A stretch of DNA of 64,000 nt. Origin: Chromatiales bacterium (lineage in GTDB: Bacteria; Pseudomonadota; Gammaproteobacteria; RBG-16-57-12). Position 1 is the first letter of the stretch, and each line of letters begins with the position of its first letter. Shown here in pieces: positions 52,080 through 64,000 of this stretch. The DNA is taken from assembly GCA_026989455.1 (NCBI GenBank), contig JALSJH010000060.1, forward strand, positions 695-64,694. Direction: 5' to 3'. The notes under the pieces were generated by a model. That model did no database searches, was not told where the DNA came from, and saw only the letters and a program-made list of their open reading frames with translations. The position numbers and the translations under genes are program-made.

Positions 52080-54583
52080 GGAACCACCGGCAACGGTGCC
52101 TTAGAGAGCTTCAATTCATCTAATGGTGCAGGCCGTCCATTCACATAGCCCTGAATAAAATCAAGCCCAATCCGGCGCATCTCTTCCCTAATCTCTTCAT
52201 TTTCAACGTATTCAGCAATGGTTTTCAGGCCAAAAATATGGCCGATTTCATTGATCGATTTAACCATTGCCCGGTCAATAGGGTCGTGTAGGACATCGCG
52301 CACAAACAAGCCATCTACCTTCAGAAAGTCCACATCAAGGCGCTTGAGATAGGCATATGACGACATGCCGCTACCAAAGTCATCCAATGCAAACAGACAA
52401 CCGTGTCGGCGCATCGCTTTTACAAATGCGTTCGCCTGGGCAAGGTTGCTGATGGCCGCTGTCTCTGTAATTTCAAAACAGAGCTTCTCTGTGGGTATTT
52501 TGTAGTGCTCGATCATCTGCTCAACATAGGGGATAAATTGATCGTCGCCGAGCGAAAGTCCGGAAAGATTTATAGAGCACATTGAGAGATTATCCAGCTC
52601 ATCTTTATGTGCACTCAGCCACTCCATGACATGCTTAACAACCCAGCGGTCAATTTTTGAGACAATGTTATAACGCTCAGCGGCGGGCAGGAAAAAACCG
52701 GGGGCGACCCAGCCACCCCGGCCATCCTGCATGCGCAACAACACCTCGAAATGAAGCCCCTCTTCGTTATCTTTGAGTGGTTGTATCTCTTGATAGTAGA
52801 GTGCAAATTGGTCCTCTTCACAGGCCTGATTTATCTGTGAAATAACATGCATTTCGCCATAACGATGCATCATCTCTTCATCGTCAGGTCGGTAGATATG
52901 GATCCGGTTACGCCCCTTCTCTTTTGCCATATAACAGGCGCTATCAGCTCGGGCCAGTGCATTGTGCAGGTCGCGGGCATCAGGCGCTATGGGTGCGACA
53001 CCAATGCTGGCACCAATACTAAATGTTTTGCTCTCATAGATAAATCGATACTCTTGGATCGATTCACAAATATCACTGGCAATACGGGATGCCTGTTCAA
53101 TATCACAATCTTCGAGCAGCAGAATAAATTCATCGCCACCAAAACGGGCCAGTGTGTCACTGTGTTTGCGTATTTTATGCAACATAATACCCGCAATTGA
53201 GCGCAGCAGCTGATCACCCGCGATGTGACCACAGGTATCGTTGATCACCTTAAACTGATCAAGATCGATGTAACAGATCGAGTAGGGAACCTCCTGGTGA
53301 TGCTCTTCATCAAGTACCGTTTTAAGGCGCTCTTCAAAGGCGGCACGATTGGTAAGGCCGGTTAACGAGTCATGATTTGCCTGATACTCAAGCTTTTGTT
53401 CCAGCATGTAGGGTTCAGTAACATCGCGGAATACTTTAACCGCACCCACCACCGAACCAAGGCGGTTACGGATTGGCGAGACAATGCAATCCAGTCGTAA
53501 AACAAGCCCTTCATGGTTACGGTAGATTGAGCCACGCTGTCCTTTTACAACTTCACCCTGCTCAATGCAGTGATCAACAGGGTGTATTTCTGCGGCGGTA
53601 CCCTCTTCTGAAAAAGGGGAGAGAACATCCGCAGCCAGCTTCCCTTTTGCCTGTTCCAGACTCCACCCAGAGAGGCGTTCAGCCACCGGGTTCATGTAAT
53701 CAATGCGGCTATCAACATCAGTGGTAATGACACCATCTGCAATCGATTGGAGTGTAATCTCTGCACGCTCTTTTTCCTGATGCAACGCTTCTTGTCGATG
53801 GGCAAACTCTTGATTACTAATAATAAAATCTTCACGATGCACTGCAATCTCACAAACCTGGCGTAGTTGGTCTGCGCGAAAGGGCTTGGAGATAAAGTCA
53901 ACCGCACCTTCCAGAATTAATGAACCCGCACGCTCAGCAGTCGCATAAGCGGTCATCATGACAACCGATTGGCTGGGGGAAAACGCCAGTATCTCTTTCA
54001 GTACATCCTTGCCTGATTTTTCAGGTAACATCACATCCAGTAAAACCAGATCATGTCGGCGCTCTTTCCACGCCTCCAAGCCACTCTCACCATCCGTCGC
54101 CACTTCTATATCGAAGCGCGTGTTCAGTATGCGTTCGATCAATTTAACGGTGTCCGCATAATCTTCAATAACTAACAGCGTTGATTTGGGTGGGCCAACA
54201 TGGTCTTCGGTAATAATTTCACGCAACACCGCCGGCAGCTGATCAGCTTTGCTGAAAGGAATAAAACGGTTAACCTGATACTCTTTTGAAGTGACCTCTG
54301 CAATACGTTCACTATAAGTGGTAGAGACAATGACAATCGGGATATCCGCTTTAACGCGCAACGCACCGGAGCGAATCAAGCGTGTCAAACGCCAACCATC
54401 CAGCGCCCCTAAATCCACATCGGTTACCACCACGTCAACAGCTTGCTCACTGAGCATTTCAATCGCATCGACACTGTTGGTCACTCTGCTGACATGGCTA
54501 AACCCGGCATCCTCGAGAGTGGTGCAGATCTGCTTGCAGTGACTTTCATCCAGATTAAATACCAATACGTGTAAGTCACTCAT
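52073..54583 (-). CDS. Dual-receiver c-di-GMP turnover protein: REC-REC-PAS-GGDEF-EAL
   Basis: 836 aa from ATG 54583, with a GGGGGGAG SD. The first receiver is atypical (VLVFNLDES...VVTDVDLG) and the second canonical (LLVIEDY...LVLLDVMLP). PAS (ADGVITTDVDSRIDYMNP), RFGGDEFILL, and an EAL domain with an EVLLR variant motif plus DDFGSG. Confidence 0.9.
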   Translation of the reverse strand: MSDLHVLVFNLDESHCKQICTTLEDAGFSHVSRVTNSVDAIEMLSEQAVDVVVTDVDLGALDGWRLTRLIRSGALRVKADIPIVIVSTTYSERIAEVTSKEYQVNRFIPFSKADQLPAVLREIITEDHVGPPKSTLLVIEDYADTVKLIERILNTRFDIEVATDGESGLEAWKERRHDLVLLDVMLPEKSGKDVLKEILAFSPSQSVVMMTAYATAERAGSLILEGAVDFISKPFRADQLRQVCEIAVHREDFIISNQEFAHRQEALHQEKERAEITLQSIADGVITTDVDSRIDYMNPVAERLSGWSLEQAKGKLAADVLSPFSEEGTAAEIHPVDHCIEQGEVVKGQRGSIYRNHEGLVLRLDCIVSPIRNRLGSVVGAVKVFRDVTEPYMLEQKLEYQANHDSLTGLTNRAAFEERLKTVLDEEHHQEVPYSICYIDLDQFKVINDTCGHIAGDQLLRSIAGIMLHKIRKHSDTLARFGGDEFILLLEDCDIEQASRIASDICESIQEYRFIYESKTFSIGASIGVAPIAPDARDLHNALARADSACYMAKEKGRNRIHIYRPDDEEMMHRYGEMHVISQINQACEEDQFALYYQEIQPLKDNEEGLHFEVLLRMQDGRGGWVAPGFFLPAAERYNIVSKIDRWVVKHVMEWLSAHKDELDNLSMCSINLSGLSLGDDQFIPYVEQMIEHYKIPTEKLCFEITETAAISNLAQANAFVKAMRRHGCLFALDDFGSGMSSYAYLKRLDVDFLKVDGLFVRDVLHDPIDRAMVKSINEIGHIFGLKTIAEYVENEEIREEMRRIGLDFIQGYVNGRPAPLDELKLSKAPLPVVPC

Positions 54584-54664
54584 CACTCACTCCCCCCATC
54601 ACTCTTTTCAAATATGAACAGCTCATAAAATATCGCAGTAACCATTCAGTGTATTTATTTCTGC

Positions 54665-54715
54665 GGGGTCAGAGTAAAACAAGAGCAATATTAGCTCTTG
54701 TTTTACTCTGACCCC
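54665..54715. other. Perfect 22-bp-stem hairpin between the histidine kinase and REC-GGDEF-EAL genes
   Basis: ggggtcagagtaaaacaagagc (54665-54686), loop aatatta, gctcttgttttactctgacccc (54694-54715). No U-tract follows on the transcribed (minus) strand. Confidence 0.8.
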
Positions 54716-54725
54716 AGGATGTTAA

Positions 54726-56273
54726 TCAGAGATTCCCTAAGGGAATTGTCAGACTGAATTTTGAGCCTTTGTTTACCGTGCTCTCAATAACAATCTCCCC
54801 TCCCATCAATTTACTGAATTTTTGACTAATCGCCAATCCCAAGCCCGTTCCCTGATAACGGCGAGTGTAGCTACCGTCCACTTGTTTAAAGACATCAAAA
54901 ATCGCCTCCCAGTGCTCTTCCGCAACACCAATACCGGTATCTTCAACTGAGATAGTCAAACTCTCACCATCGCACTTGGAAAACACTGTTATCCGCCCCT
55001 CTTCGGTAAACTTAACCGCATTGCTCAACAGGTTAAGTAAAATCTGCCGAATTTTAACCCCATCAATCGCAACTTTTTCCGCAGGAAAGTTCAAATCAAC
55101 AACAATCTCATTGCCATTCGCATCGGCAATTGGCCTTACGGTGTCGACCGCCTGTTCAAATAGTTTTTGAAGATTTTCAGGGTGAAGTGATAGCTCCATT
55201 TTCCCCGATTCATCTTTGGAGAAGTCTAACAAGCCGTTGATCAGCGCGAGCAGGTTTTCGGCATTAACCAATATACTCTCCAGATCGTTACGAATATCCT
55301 CGCTATCATCCGGAAGAGTCTCATTGATTAAGTCACTAAAGCCGATAATCGCTTGCAGAGGCGTTCGCAACTCATGGGTAACATTGGCTAAAAACTCTGA
55401 TTTATTTTGATTCGCTTCAATCGCCAAATCTCGCGCATGTACAAGCTCCTGGGTGCGCAGTTCAACCTCACTTTCAAGGTGTTCATTCTGGTCACGCAAC
55501 TGTTGGTCACGCAATACCAGCACCTCCATCATGTTGTTATATGAATGGGCAATTTGCACGACCTCCCTGGGCCCTTCCAGCTTGGCAAAAGGGTGGGCAT
55601 CTGCCCCCTCTTTTTGCGCCTCCTGCATAACGGCTGAGAGCTCGTAAAGTGGATCAGTCAGGCGCTTGAAGCGCTTTCTTAGTATATAGACCAGTATCAT
55701 CGAAAACAGCAGTCCGATCAGTAAATTATTAACGACCGTCACCGTCTGAATATCGCGCAATCTCTGCTTGCTTTTACACACCACCACGTAACCGATCAGT
55801 TCGCGCTCACCTTGTTGCTGCAATAACAACAGATCATCATCAATTGCCCCACCTTCAGTATAAACAGGAGCCATCAACACCCACTGATTAATATCATCGC
55901 TAATCACCGTCGCTTCAGTTTGCGGCCATTGCGAGGTAGGAATTGAGAATGCAGCGCCACCTTCAGAAAGAATGATGTTACCCCTCTCCGATAAGATCAT
56001 CACCTGGCTAACAGAAGGGAAAGAGAGTGCAGCCTGTACCGCATCTTCTGCATTTTCGCCACTATCATATAGCAGTGCTAAAACCGATTGCTCTGCAAGT
56101 GACTGGGTGACTTGGAGACCTTCACTCACCAGAACATCATAAAGATTTTTTGAGGTCATCCACGCCGTAGAGAGCGATGCGGTAATTGACAGAGCCAATA
56201 TCCCGATCGTAACGACCGTGGTGAGGTGAGCACGGAAGCTAGGGTGATTTGTATGTGTATCCGTTGATTCCAT
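54726..56273 (-). CDS. Sensor histidine kinase (two TM helices, periplasmic sensor region, coiled coil, HisKA + HATPase_c; no receiver)
   Basis: 515 aa with H-box THELRTPLQAI, N box LLNLLSNAVKFT and G boxes DTGIGV / GTGLGLAIS. Confidence 0.85.
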   Translation of the reverse strand: MESTDTHTNHPSFRAHLTTVVTIGILALSITASLSTAWMTSKNLYDVLVSEGLQVTQSLAEQSVLALLYDSGENAEDAVQAALSFPSVSQVMILSERGNIILSEGGAAFSIPTSQWPQTEATVISDDINQWVLMAPVYTEGGAIDDDLLLLQQQGERELIGYVVVCKSKQRLRDIQTVTVVNNLLIGLLFSMILVYILRKRFKRLTDPLYELSAVMQEAQKEGADAHPFAKLEGPREVVQIAHSYNNMMEVLVLRDQQLRDQNEHLESEVELRTQELVHARDLAIEANQNKSEFLANVTHELRTPLQAIIGFSDLINETLPDDSEDIRNDLESILVNAENLLALINGLLDFSKDESGKMELSLHPENLQKLFEQAVDTVRPIADANGNEIVVDLNFPAEKVAIDGVKIRQILLNLLSNAVKFTEEGRITVFSKCDGESLTISVEDTGIGVAEEHWEAIFDVFKQVDGSYTRRYQGTGLGLAISQKFSKLMGGEIVIESTVNKGSKFSLTIPLGNL

Positions 56274-56285
56274 GATTATCGATTA

Positions 56286-57224
56286 CTATTGAACGGGGTA
56301 AATCAGGTCAAACTCCATACGCTGACGCTGGCTAAAGTTAATACCTAAGTGTGAAGCGGTACGCTCATTAACGGATACCTTGAGGTCTTTGGCAGGTAAC
56401 ACCAAGGGGACTCCATTTGTCTGACGCTGTCTAAGCACTAGTTTCCCAAGACTCTCCCCCGTACCAGAATTATCAGGAAAAAGTGCAAACAGTGCGCCGC
56501 GGCGCGCATGGGATGGGTTATTGGAAAAAATCACGATATGTGAGTCCCATGCCTTTGCCAGCACAACCGGGAGTGCCGCCTTATCGGGCATCATTTTATC
56601 CAGCAACAGCCACACCGCATCCTGCCCATCATTCACCTCATGCAGTAGCTGGCGAAGCTTGTACATCCCCTCTCGGAGAGACTCCGCTTCAAATGCATTT
56701 AGTTCAATATCGTATTTATCCGCAACCTCTTTGGCCATACGAATCAGCCAACCATTGCTCGATTCACTGTAGACCGTGTAGACACGTTTTACGCTGGGCG
56801 CAAGGCGCTTAAGTTGAGAAAAAAACTGTTCAGGATCCGTCACCAAGCTAATGCCACTGTGGCCATTTGGCTCAATCATCACGCCACCATGGACAACCGG
56901 ATAATACTCTCTCAGCGCCTTGCCGATTGGGTAATTTCTCTCTCCAATGGCAATCACCGCTTCAATTTCATCATGCTTAAACCGTTTTTTGATCGATTCA
57001 ATATCATCCCCGTCCGTCAACGTATAGAGCATCACATCGAGTTCAGAGTTGAGCTTTATACCATCGACTATCTCATCAAAAACATGGGAAAAAAGAGAGT
57101 TTGTAGTTGATGGGTATAGCACTGCAACCCGAACGGACTCTGCGGCCACGAGAGATGATGACAGGGCCATTAATACCGTAACAACAAGAGAGAGCAACAT
57201 CGTTGGCAAGCTATCAAACTTCAA
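56286..57224 (-). CDS. Periplasmic substrate-binding-fold protein (ABC-type, PF04392-like), likely co-sensor for the downstream kinase
   Basis: 312 aa with a TTG start at 57224 preceded by a GGGAGGG SD; ATG 57200 is the alternative. Signal peptide ..MLLSLVVTVLMALSSSLVAAES. Alternating beta-alpha pattern. 12-nt gap to the kinase start. Confidence 0.55.
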   Translation of the reverse strand: MKFDSLPTMLLSLVVTVLMALSSSLVAAESVRVAVLYPSTTNSLFSHVFDEIVDGIKLNSELDVMLYTLTDGDDIESIKKRFKHDEIEAVIAIGERNYPIGKALREYYPVVHGGVMIEPNGHSGISLVTDPEQFFSQLKRLAPSVKRVYTVYSESSNGWLIRMAKEVADKYDIELNAFEAESLREGMYKLRQLLHEVNDGQDAVWLLLDKMMPDKAALPVVLAKAWDSHIVIFSNNPSHARRGALFALFPDNSGTGESLGKLVLRQRQTNGVPLVLPAKDLKVSVNERTASHLGINFSQRQRMEFDLIYPVQ

Positions 57225-57467
57225 AAATCGCCCTCCCTGATGCTCATCAAATCACTACTCCTGGTCTGCTTTAAACCACTAAAAATAAAAATTGAGGGTA
57301 AATATTATTCATGTAGAAAAATACCATTCGCTCTACCACAGCAGAGTGGAGATACTATTAGGGTGTGTATCGTCAAGTGGGGCTATTTATTTAGTGAAAG
57401 AGTATACACATAGAGGAGATACGAAGGGTGAGCCACGGGCTGTTCACAAAAAGCACAGAACCTAGAG

Positions 57468-58496
57468 TTAATAGCGAATCACTTCTCGCAAAAGTGAGGT
57501 GGCATATGCGCCCACAGGCAGTCTGAATTTTAGAATCAGCGTCTTGTCATCACCCCAGCTCCAGTTCAAGTCGGGCACACAAAGACGCAGAGTACGCCTC
57601 GATTGCTCAAGGCCGATATGTTCCATTTTTTCCAGTATCTCTTGATAGGGTGCCAGCGCCGCTTGCTCATATTCATGGGCAACCAATGCGGTTGCCGTTC
57701 GACCGCGCCCCCACAGGGGTGCCGAAGGGTGAATATCCCCTTCGGCAAGGCGCTTAGTTAACTCATCATCAACAGTTTCAGCTAGAAAGTGGCTATTGCT
57801 ACCGGATAGCATCACCGCTTCACCCAGCAGGATTTTTTGCCAACTGCCATCAGCAACACGCTGGGAGAGAATTTTATTAAAGAGGTAGGAGCGTACCGCT
57901 GAGAGATAGAGACCGCGCTTATGACGATCTTTAACTTTGATCTCGCCTTTTAAGAGTGCCACGCCGTTGCTGACATTTCGTCCACCATGGCCAAAGCGTT
58001 GCTCGCCAAAATAGTTAGCAACACCCTTTGCTTTTATTATCGAGAGTCGCTGCTCAATAAGATCGCGATCTCCTTCCAGCTGTCGCAGTGTAATAATAAA
58101 AGCGTTGCCGTTGTGCGCGCCTCGGCGCAATTTAGCCCGATGTCTACCAAAAGAGAGTAGCTTGATATTATTGTTTTCAATACTCCGCCAGTCAGGTTCC
58201 ATCTTTCCAGGCAGGCGAACTGAAAACCACTGAGTAGTCACAGCAATGCGATCTTTTAGCCCCGCATAGCTAACATCTCGTGCGGGCACACCGGCCAAGC
58301 GAGCCAACTGACGAGCCAACCACTCAGTATTGGTATCTCTTTTCTGAATATGTAGCCAGTGATGCTCGCCACAGCCGCTTAGTGGAATATCCAGCAGCTC
58401 CTCCACCTGAAAGTCATCAGCACTGCTTCGCAACAGAGCATCTCCACAGGGCGCGCCATGAGCATAATTAAAAGAGAGATCGAATGGATCACTCAT
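57468..58496 (-). CDS. truD: tRNA pseudouridine(13) synthase
   Basis: 342 aa from ATG 58496, overlapping the ispF stop by 8 nt; the track start at 58520 is a TTG. TruD motifs [14 protein letters not shown]. ispD-ispF-truD synteny. Confidence 0.9.
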   Translation of the reverse strand: MSDPFDLSFNYAHGAPCGDALLRSSADDFQVEELLDIPLSGCGEHHWLHIQKRDTNTEWLARQLARLAGVPARDVSYAGLKDRIAVTTQWFSVRLPGKMEPDWRSIENNNIKLLSFGRHRAKLRRGAHNGNAFIITLRQLEGDRDLIEQRLSIIKAKGVANYFGEQRFGHGGRNVSNGVALLKGEIKVKDRHKRGLYLSAVRSYLFNKILSQRVADGSWQKILLGEAVMLSGSNSHFLAETVDDELTKRLAEGDIHPSAPLWGRGRTATALVAHEYEQAALAPYQEILEKMEHIGLEQSRRTLRLCVPDLNWSWGDDKTLILKFRLPVGAYATSLLREVIRY

Positions 58497-58995
58497 TACA
58501 GCAAGTCGAATTAGTTTCAACCTGTGACTCCTTAATCAGAGCCACCGCGTGGGCAGCAATCCCCTCTTTCTGCCCGACAAACCCCATCCCCTCGGTGGTG
58601 GTTGCTTTTACATTGACACGATCCGGTGGCACCCCCAAATCTGCCGATAAATTTTCAACCATCGCCAATATATGCGGTGCCATTTTAGGCGCTTGAGCCA
58701 AAATCGTCACATCAACATTGTGAACAGTTAAACCACGCGCCAGCAACTGCTCCACTACATTTCGCAATAGAATACGGCTGTCGATATTTTTAAACTCTTT
58801 ATTTGAGTCTGGAAAATGACGGCCAATATCACCTAGACCCGCCGCACCCAGCAGTGCATCACACAGCGCATGTATCATCACATCGCCATCGGAATGAGCC
58901 TCCATACCCAACTTATAAGGAATGGTCTCGCCGCCAATAATCAGCGGCCGACCAGCACTAAAGCGGTGCGCATCATAGCCGTGTCCAATTCTCAT
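58489..58995 (-). CDS. ispF: 2-C-methyl-D-erythritol 2,4-cyclodiphosphate synthase
   Basis: 168 aa from ATG 58995 ([12 protein letters not shown]..., the canonical IspF N-terminus), giving an ATGA overlap with the ispD stop. SDGDV and [10 protein letters not shown] motifs. Confidence 0.9.
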   Translation of the reverse strand: MRIGHGYDAHRFSAGRPLIIGGETIPYKLGMEAHSDGDVMIHALCDALLGAAGLGDIGRHFPDSNKEFKNIDSRILLRNVVEQLLARGLTVHNVDVTILAQAPKMAPHILAMVENLSADLGVPPDRVNVKATTTEGMGFVGQKEGIAAHAVALIKESQVETNSTCCNE

Positions 58996-59705
58996 ACTAG
59001 GCACTCCTTTTGTTGCTGTAAATAGAGCGCGGCAAGTGAGAGGTCGTGGGGTTGGGTAATCTTGATATTATCCCCATGCCCCTCCACCATGCGAGGTGAA
59101 AAGCCAGTCCACTCAATGGCAGAGGCTTCATCTGTGATGAGTACATCTGAGTCACGGGCCCGTGATAGCGCGTGGTAGAGCATACCGAAACGAAACATTT
59201 GCGGTGTCAATGCTCGCCAGAGCCGTGCACGTGATACAGTTTCAATGATTGTTCCCGCCACATCACTGCGCTTCATGGTGTCCGCAACTGGTAGGCCGAG
59301 AACGCCGCCCACAGGGTGCTCTTTTAGGGTGGCCATCAGTTTTTCAATATCGGCAATACGCAAACAGGGGCGCGCAGCGTCATGCACCAGCACCCAATCA
59401 TCCGCCGCCGCCTCGCCTCGCAACGCTTGCAAACCATTAAAGACAGAGTCACAACGCTCCGCCCCCCCCGTGACCGACACCACTTCAGCCGCAGTAGGGT
59501 GTAAAACATCTTTCCAGTAGTGATCATCTGCACCGATTGAGACAACAATCTTATTGATCTTTGGGTGAGACGCCAGACGAGCGAGGGTATGTTCGATGAC
59601 CATGCGACCACCCAACGGCAGATACTGTTTAGGTATTTCACTACCCATTCGCTTGCCAATACCCGCCGCCGGGACTACAGCCCAGAAAGAGGGTTTGCTA
59701 CTCAT
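58992..59705 (-). CDS. ispD: 2-C-methyl-D-erythritol 4-phosphate cytidylyltransferase
   Basis: 237 aa with [18 protein letters not shown] and VLVHDAARP. Confidence 0.9.
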   Translation of the reverse strand: MSSKPSFWAVVPAAGIGKRMGSEIPKQYLPLGGRMVIEHTLARLASHPKINKIVVSIGADDHYWKDVLHPTAAEVVSVTGGAERCDSVFNGLQALRGEAAADDWVLVHDAARPCLRIADIEKLMATLKEHPVGGVLGLPVADTMKRSDVAGTIIETVSRARLWRALTPQMFRFGMLYHALSRARDSDVLITDEASAIEWTGFSPRMVEGHGDNIKITQPHDLSLAALYLQQQKECLV

Positions 59706-59994
59706 GGAGTAGAGCTCTATTATCCCGCTCGACCACCTGAATAAAAGTCTCTCCCTTGCGAATCATACCCAGTTCACTACGTGCACGCTCTTCAATAGCC
59801 GCCAGGCCATCATTCAAATCCTTCACCTCAGCCTCAAGCTTGGTATTGCGTGCATGGCGTTGCTGACTCTCTTCGAGTTGTAACGCTAGCTCATCGCTAT
59901 GCCGCCACACCTCTTTCAAGCCACCATCATTCGACCAGAGCTTGGTCTGTAGCATGATGAAAATAGTTAACAATATAATTGCGATTAGTTTCAT
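59698..59994 (-). CDS. ftsB: Cell division protein FtsB
   Basis: 98 aa with an N-terminal TM (MKLIAIILLTIFIMLQ) and a coiled coil ending in ARSELGMIRKGETF. eno-ftsB-ispD synteny. Confidence 0.85.
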   Translation of the reverse strand: MKLIAIILLTIFIMLQTKLWSNDGGLKEVWRHSDELALQLEESQQRHARNTKLEAEVKDLNDGLAAIEERARSELGMIRKGETFIQVVERDNRALLHE

Positions 59995-60059
59995 TTCACG
60001 GCCATAATTTTCAAGGGCACAGAAGTAGATTATATATCAATTAAGCACACAGAAGAGCT

Positions 60060-60100
60060 AAAAAAAAGGGCAAGGTCAACGCTCGCTGACTTCACCCTTT
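60060..60100 (-). terminator. Rho-independent terminator after eno
   Basis: The minus strand reads aaagggtgaagtca-gcgagcg-ttgaccttgcccttttttttt: an approx. 11-bp stem (one mismatch, two G-U pairs) followed by eight U, about 20 nt past the eno stop. Confidence 0.6.
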
Positions 60101-60121
60101 TTCCGTGTAACACCTGAATGT

Positions 60122-61486
<1,365 letters not shown>

Positions 61487-61508
61487 TTAATACCGTAGCA
61501 AATCTCTG

Positions 61509-62342
61509 TTACAGAGAGGTTTCGATAAAACCTTTTTCCTTAACCACATGGTCGATCGCCAGCAGCTGTTCCAGCAGCGCCTCCATCTTATCCAGTGGCC
61601 AAGAGTTGGGGCCATCACTCAACGCCTTTTCAGGGTCTGGGTGTGTCTCCATAAATAGACCTGAAATGCCCGCTGCAACCGCCGCACGCGCCAAGACCGG
61701 CACATGCTCACGCTGACCACCCGAAGTACCGCCTTGGCCACCAGGTTGTTGTACCGAGTGAGTCGCATCAAAAACCACCGGGCAACCTGTTTCACGCATC
61801 ACCGCCAGACCACGCATGTCGGATATCAAAGTATTATAGCCAAACGAAGCGCCGCGTTCGCAGACCATGATCTGATCATTGCCTACCTCTTTTGCCTTGG
61901 CGACCACATTAACCATATCCCAAGGCGCTAAAAACTGCCCTTTTTTGATATTTACCGGAATACCCTGACGCGCCACACTCTGAATAAAGTTGGTTTGACG
62001 ACATAAAAATGCCGGGGTCTGCATCACATCAACTACCGCTGCCACTTCATCCAATGGCGTATCTTCATGCACGTCGGTAATCACTGGCAAACCCAGATCA
62101 TCCTTCACCTTTTGCAGAATCCGCAGCCCCTCATCAATGCCCGGCCCACGATAGCTGGTGCTAGAGGTGCGGTTTGCCTTATCGAATGAGGCCTTAAAAA
62201 TATAGTGGATACCCAGCTGGTCAGTAATCTCTTTCATGCGACCCGCAATATCCATTACGATCTGCTCACCCTCAATCACACAAGGGCCAGCCATCAAAAA
62301 TAGCGGTTGATCCAGACCCACTTCAAAATTACACAATTTCAT
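61509..62342 (-). CDS. kdsA: 3-deoxy-8-phosphooctulonate synthase
   Basis: 277 aa with [26 protein letters not shown]. Confidence 0.95.
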   Translation of the reverse strand: MKLCNFEVGLDQPLFLMAGPCVIEGEQIVMDIAGRMKEITDQLGIHYIFKASFDKANRTSSTSYRGPGIDEGLRILQKVKDDLGLPVITDVHEDTPLDEVAAVVDVMQTPAFLCRQTNFIQSVARQGIPVNIKKGQFLAPWDMVNVVAKAKEVGNDQIMVCERGASFGYNTLISDMRGLAVMRETGCPVVFDATHSVQQPGGQGGTSGGQREHVPVLARAAVAAGISGLFMETHPDPEKALSDGPNSWPLDKMEALLEQLLAIDHVVKEKGFIETSL

Positions 62343-62356
62343 AGACTGGTTATCTC

Positions 62357-64000
<1,644 letters not shown>

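Overview
This 64-kb window looks like gammaproteobacterial chromosome, roughly 50% GC by eye. Both edges carry intact housekeeping syntenies: cysS | ppiA-ppiB-lpxH on the left and truD-ispF-ispD-ftsB-eno-kdsA-pyrG on the right. Between them lie seven blocks. (i) A 12-kb minus-strand ion-homeostasis supraoperon: a Kef-type CPA2 antiporter, a non-canonical split Mrp/Mnh complex with an embedded tandem-USP gene, and a P2-type cation ATPase. It is interrupted once, by a 334-bp spacer carrying two abutting inverted-repeat elements. (ii) mscS and murI. (iii) A cytochrome b / SHP-like / diheme cytochrome c cluster with its two-component system. (iv) An Hsp20-Hsp20-helical protein-ABC1 kinase stress operon. 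(v) The most unusual region, 25.8-47.4 kb. It holds a translationally coupled four-gene operon encoding a 4,564-aa Sec-signal giant protein with no adhesin, RTX or TPS features I can recognise, a 3xFN3 protein, a CarboxypepD_reg/IPT-like protein and a 721-aa outer-membrane beta-barrel. An ELWxxDGT/PKD lipoprotein and a PEP-CTERM protein flank it. (vi) A bluB-cbiB-cobD-cobQ cobalamin operon. (vii) A binding-protein / histidine kinase / REC-REC-PAS-GGDEF-EAL / mini K+ channel operon. I saw no rRNA, tRNA, CRISPR array, transposase, integrase or recognisable defence gene. The supplied ORF track treats GTG/TTG as Met and reports the longest ORFs, so I re-examined several starts against the DNA. All family assignments come from motif recognition by eye; no database search was possible.
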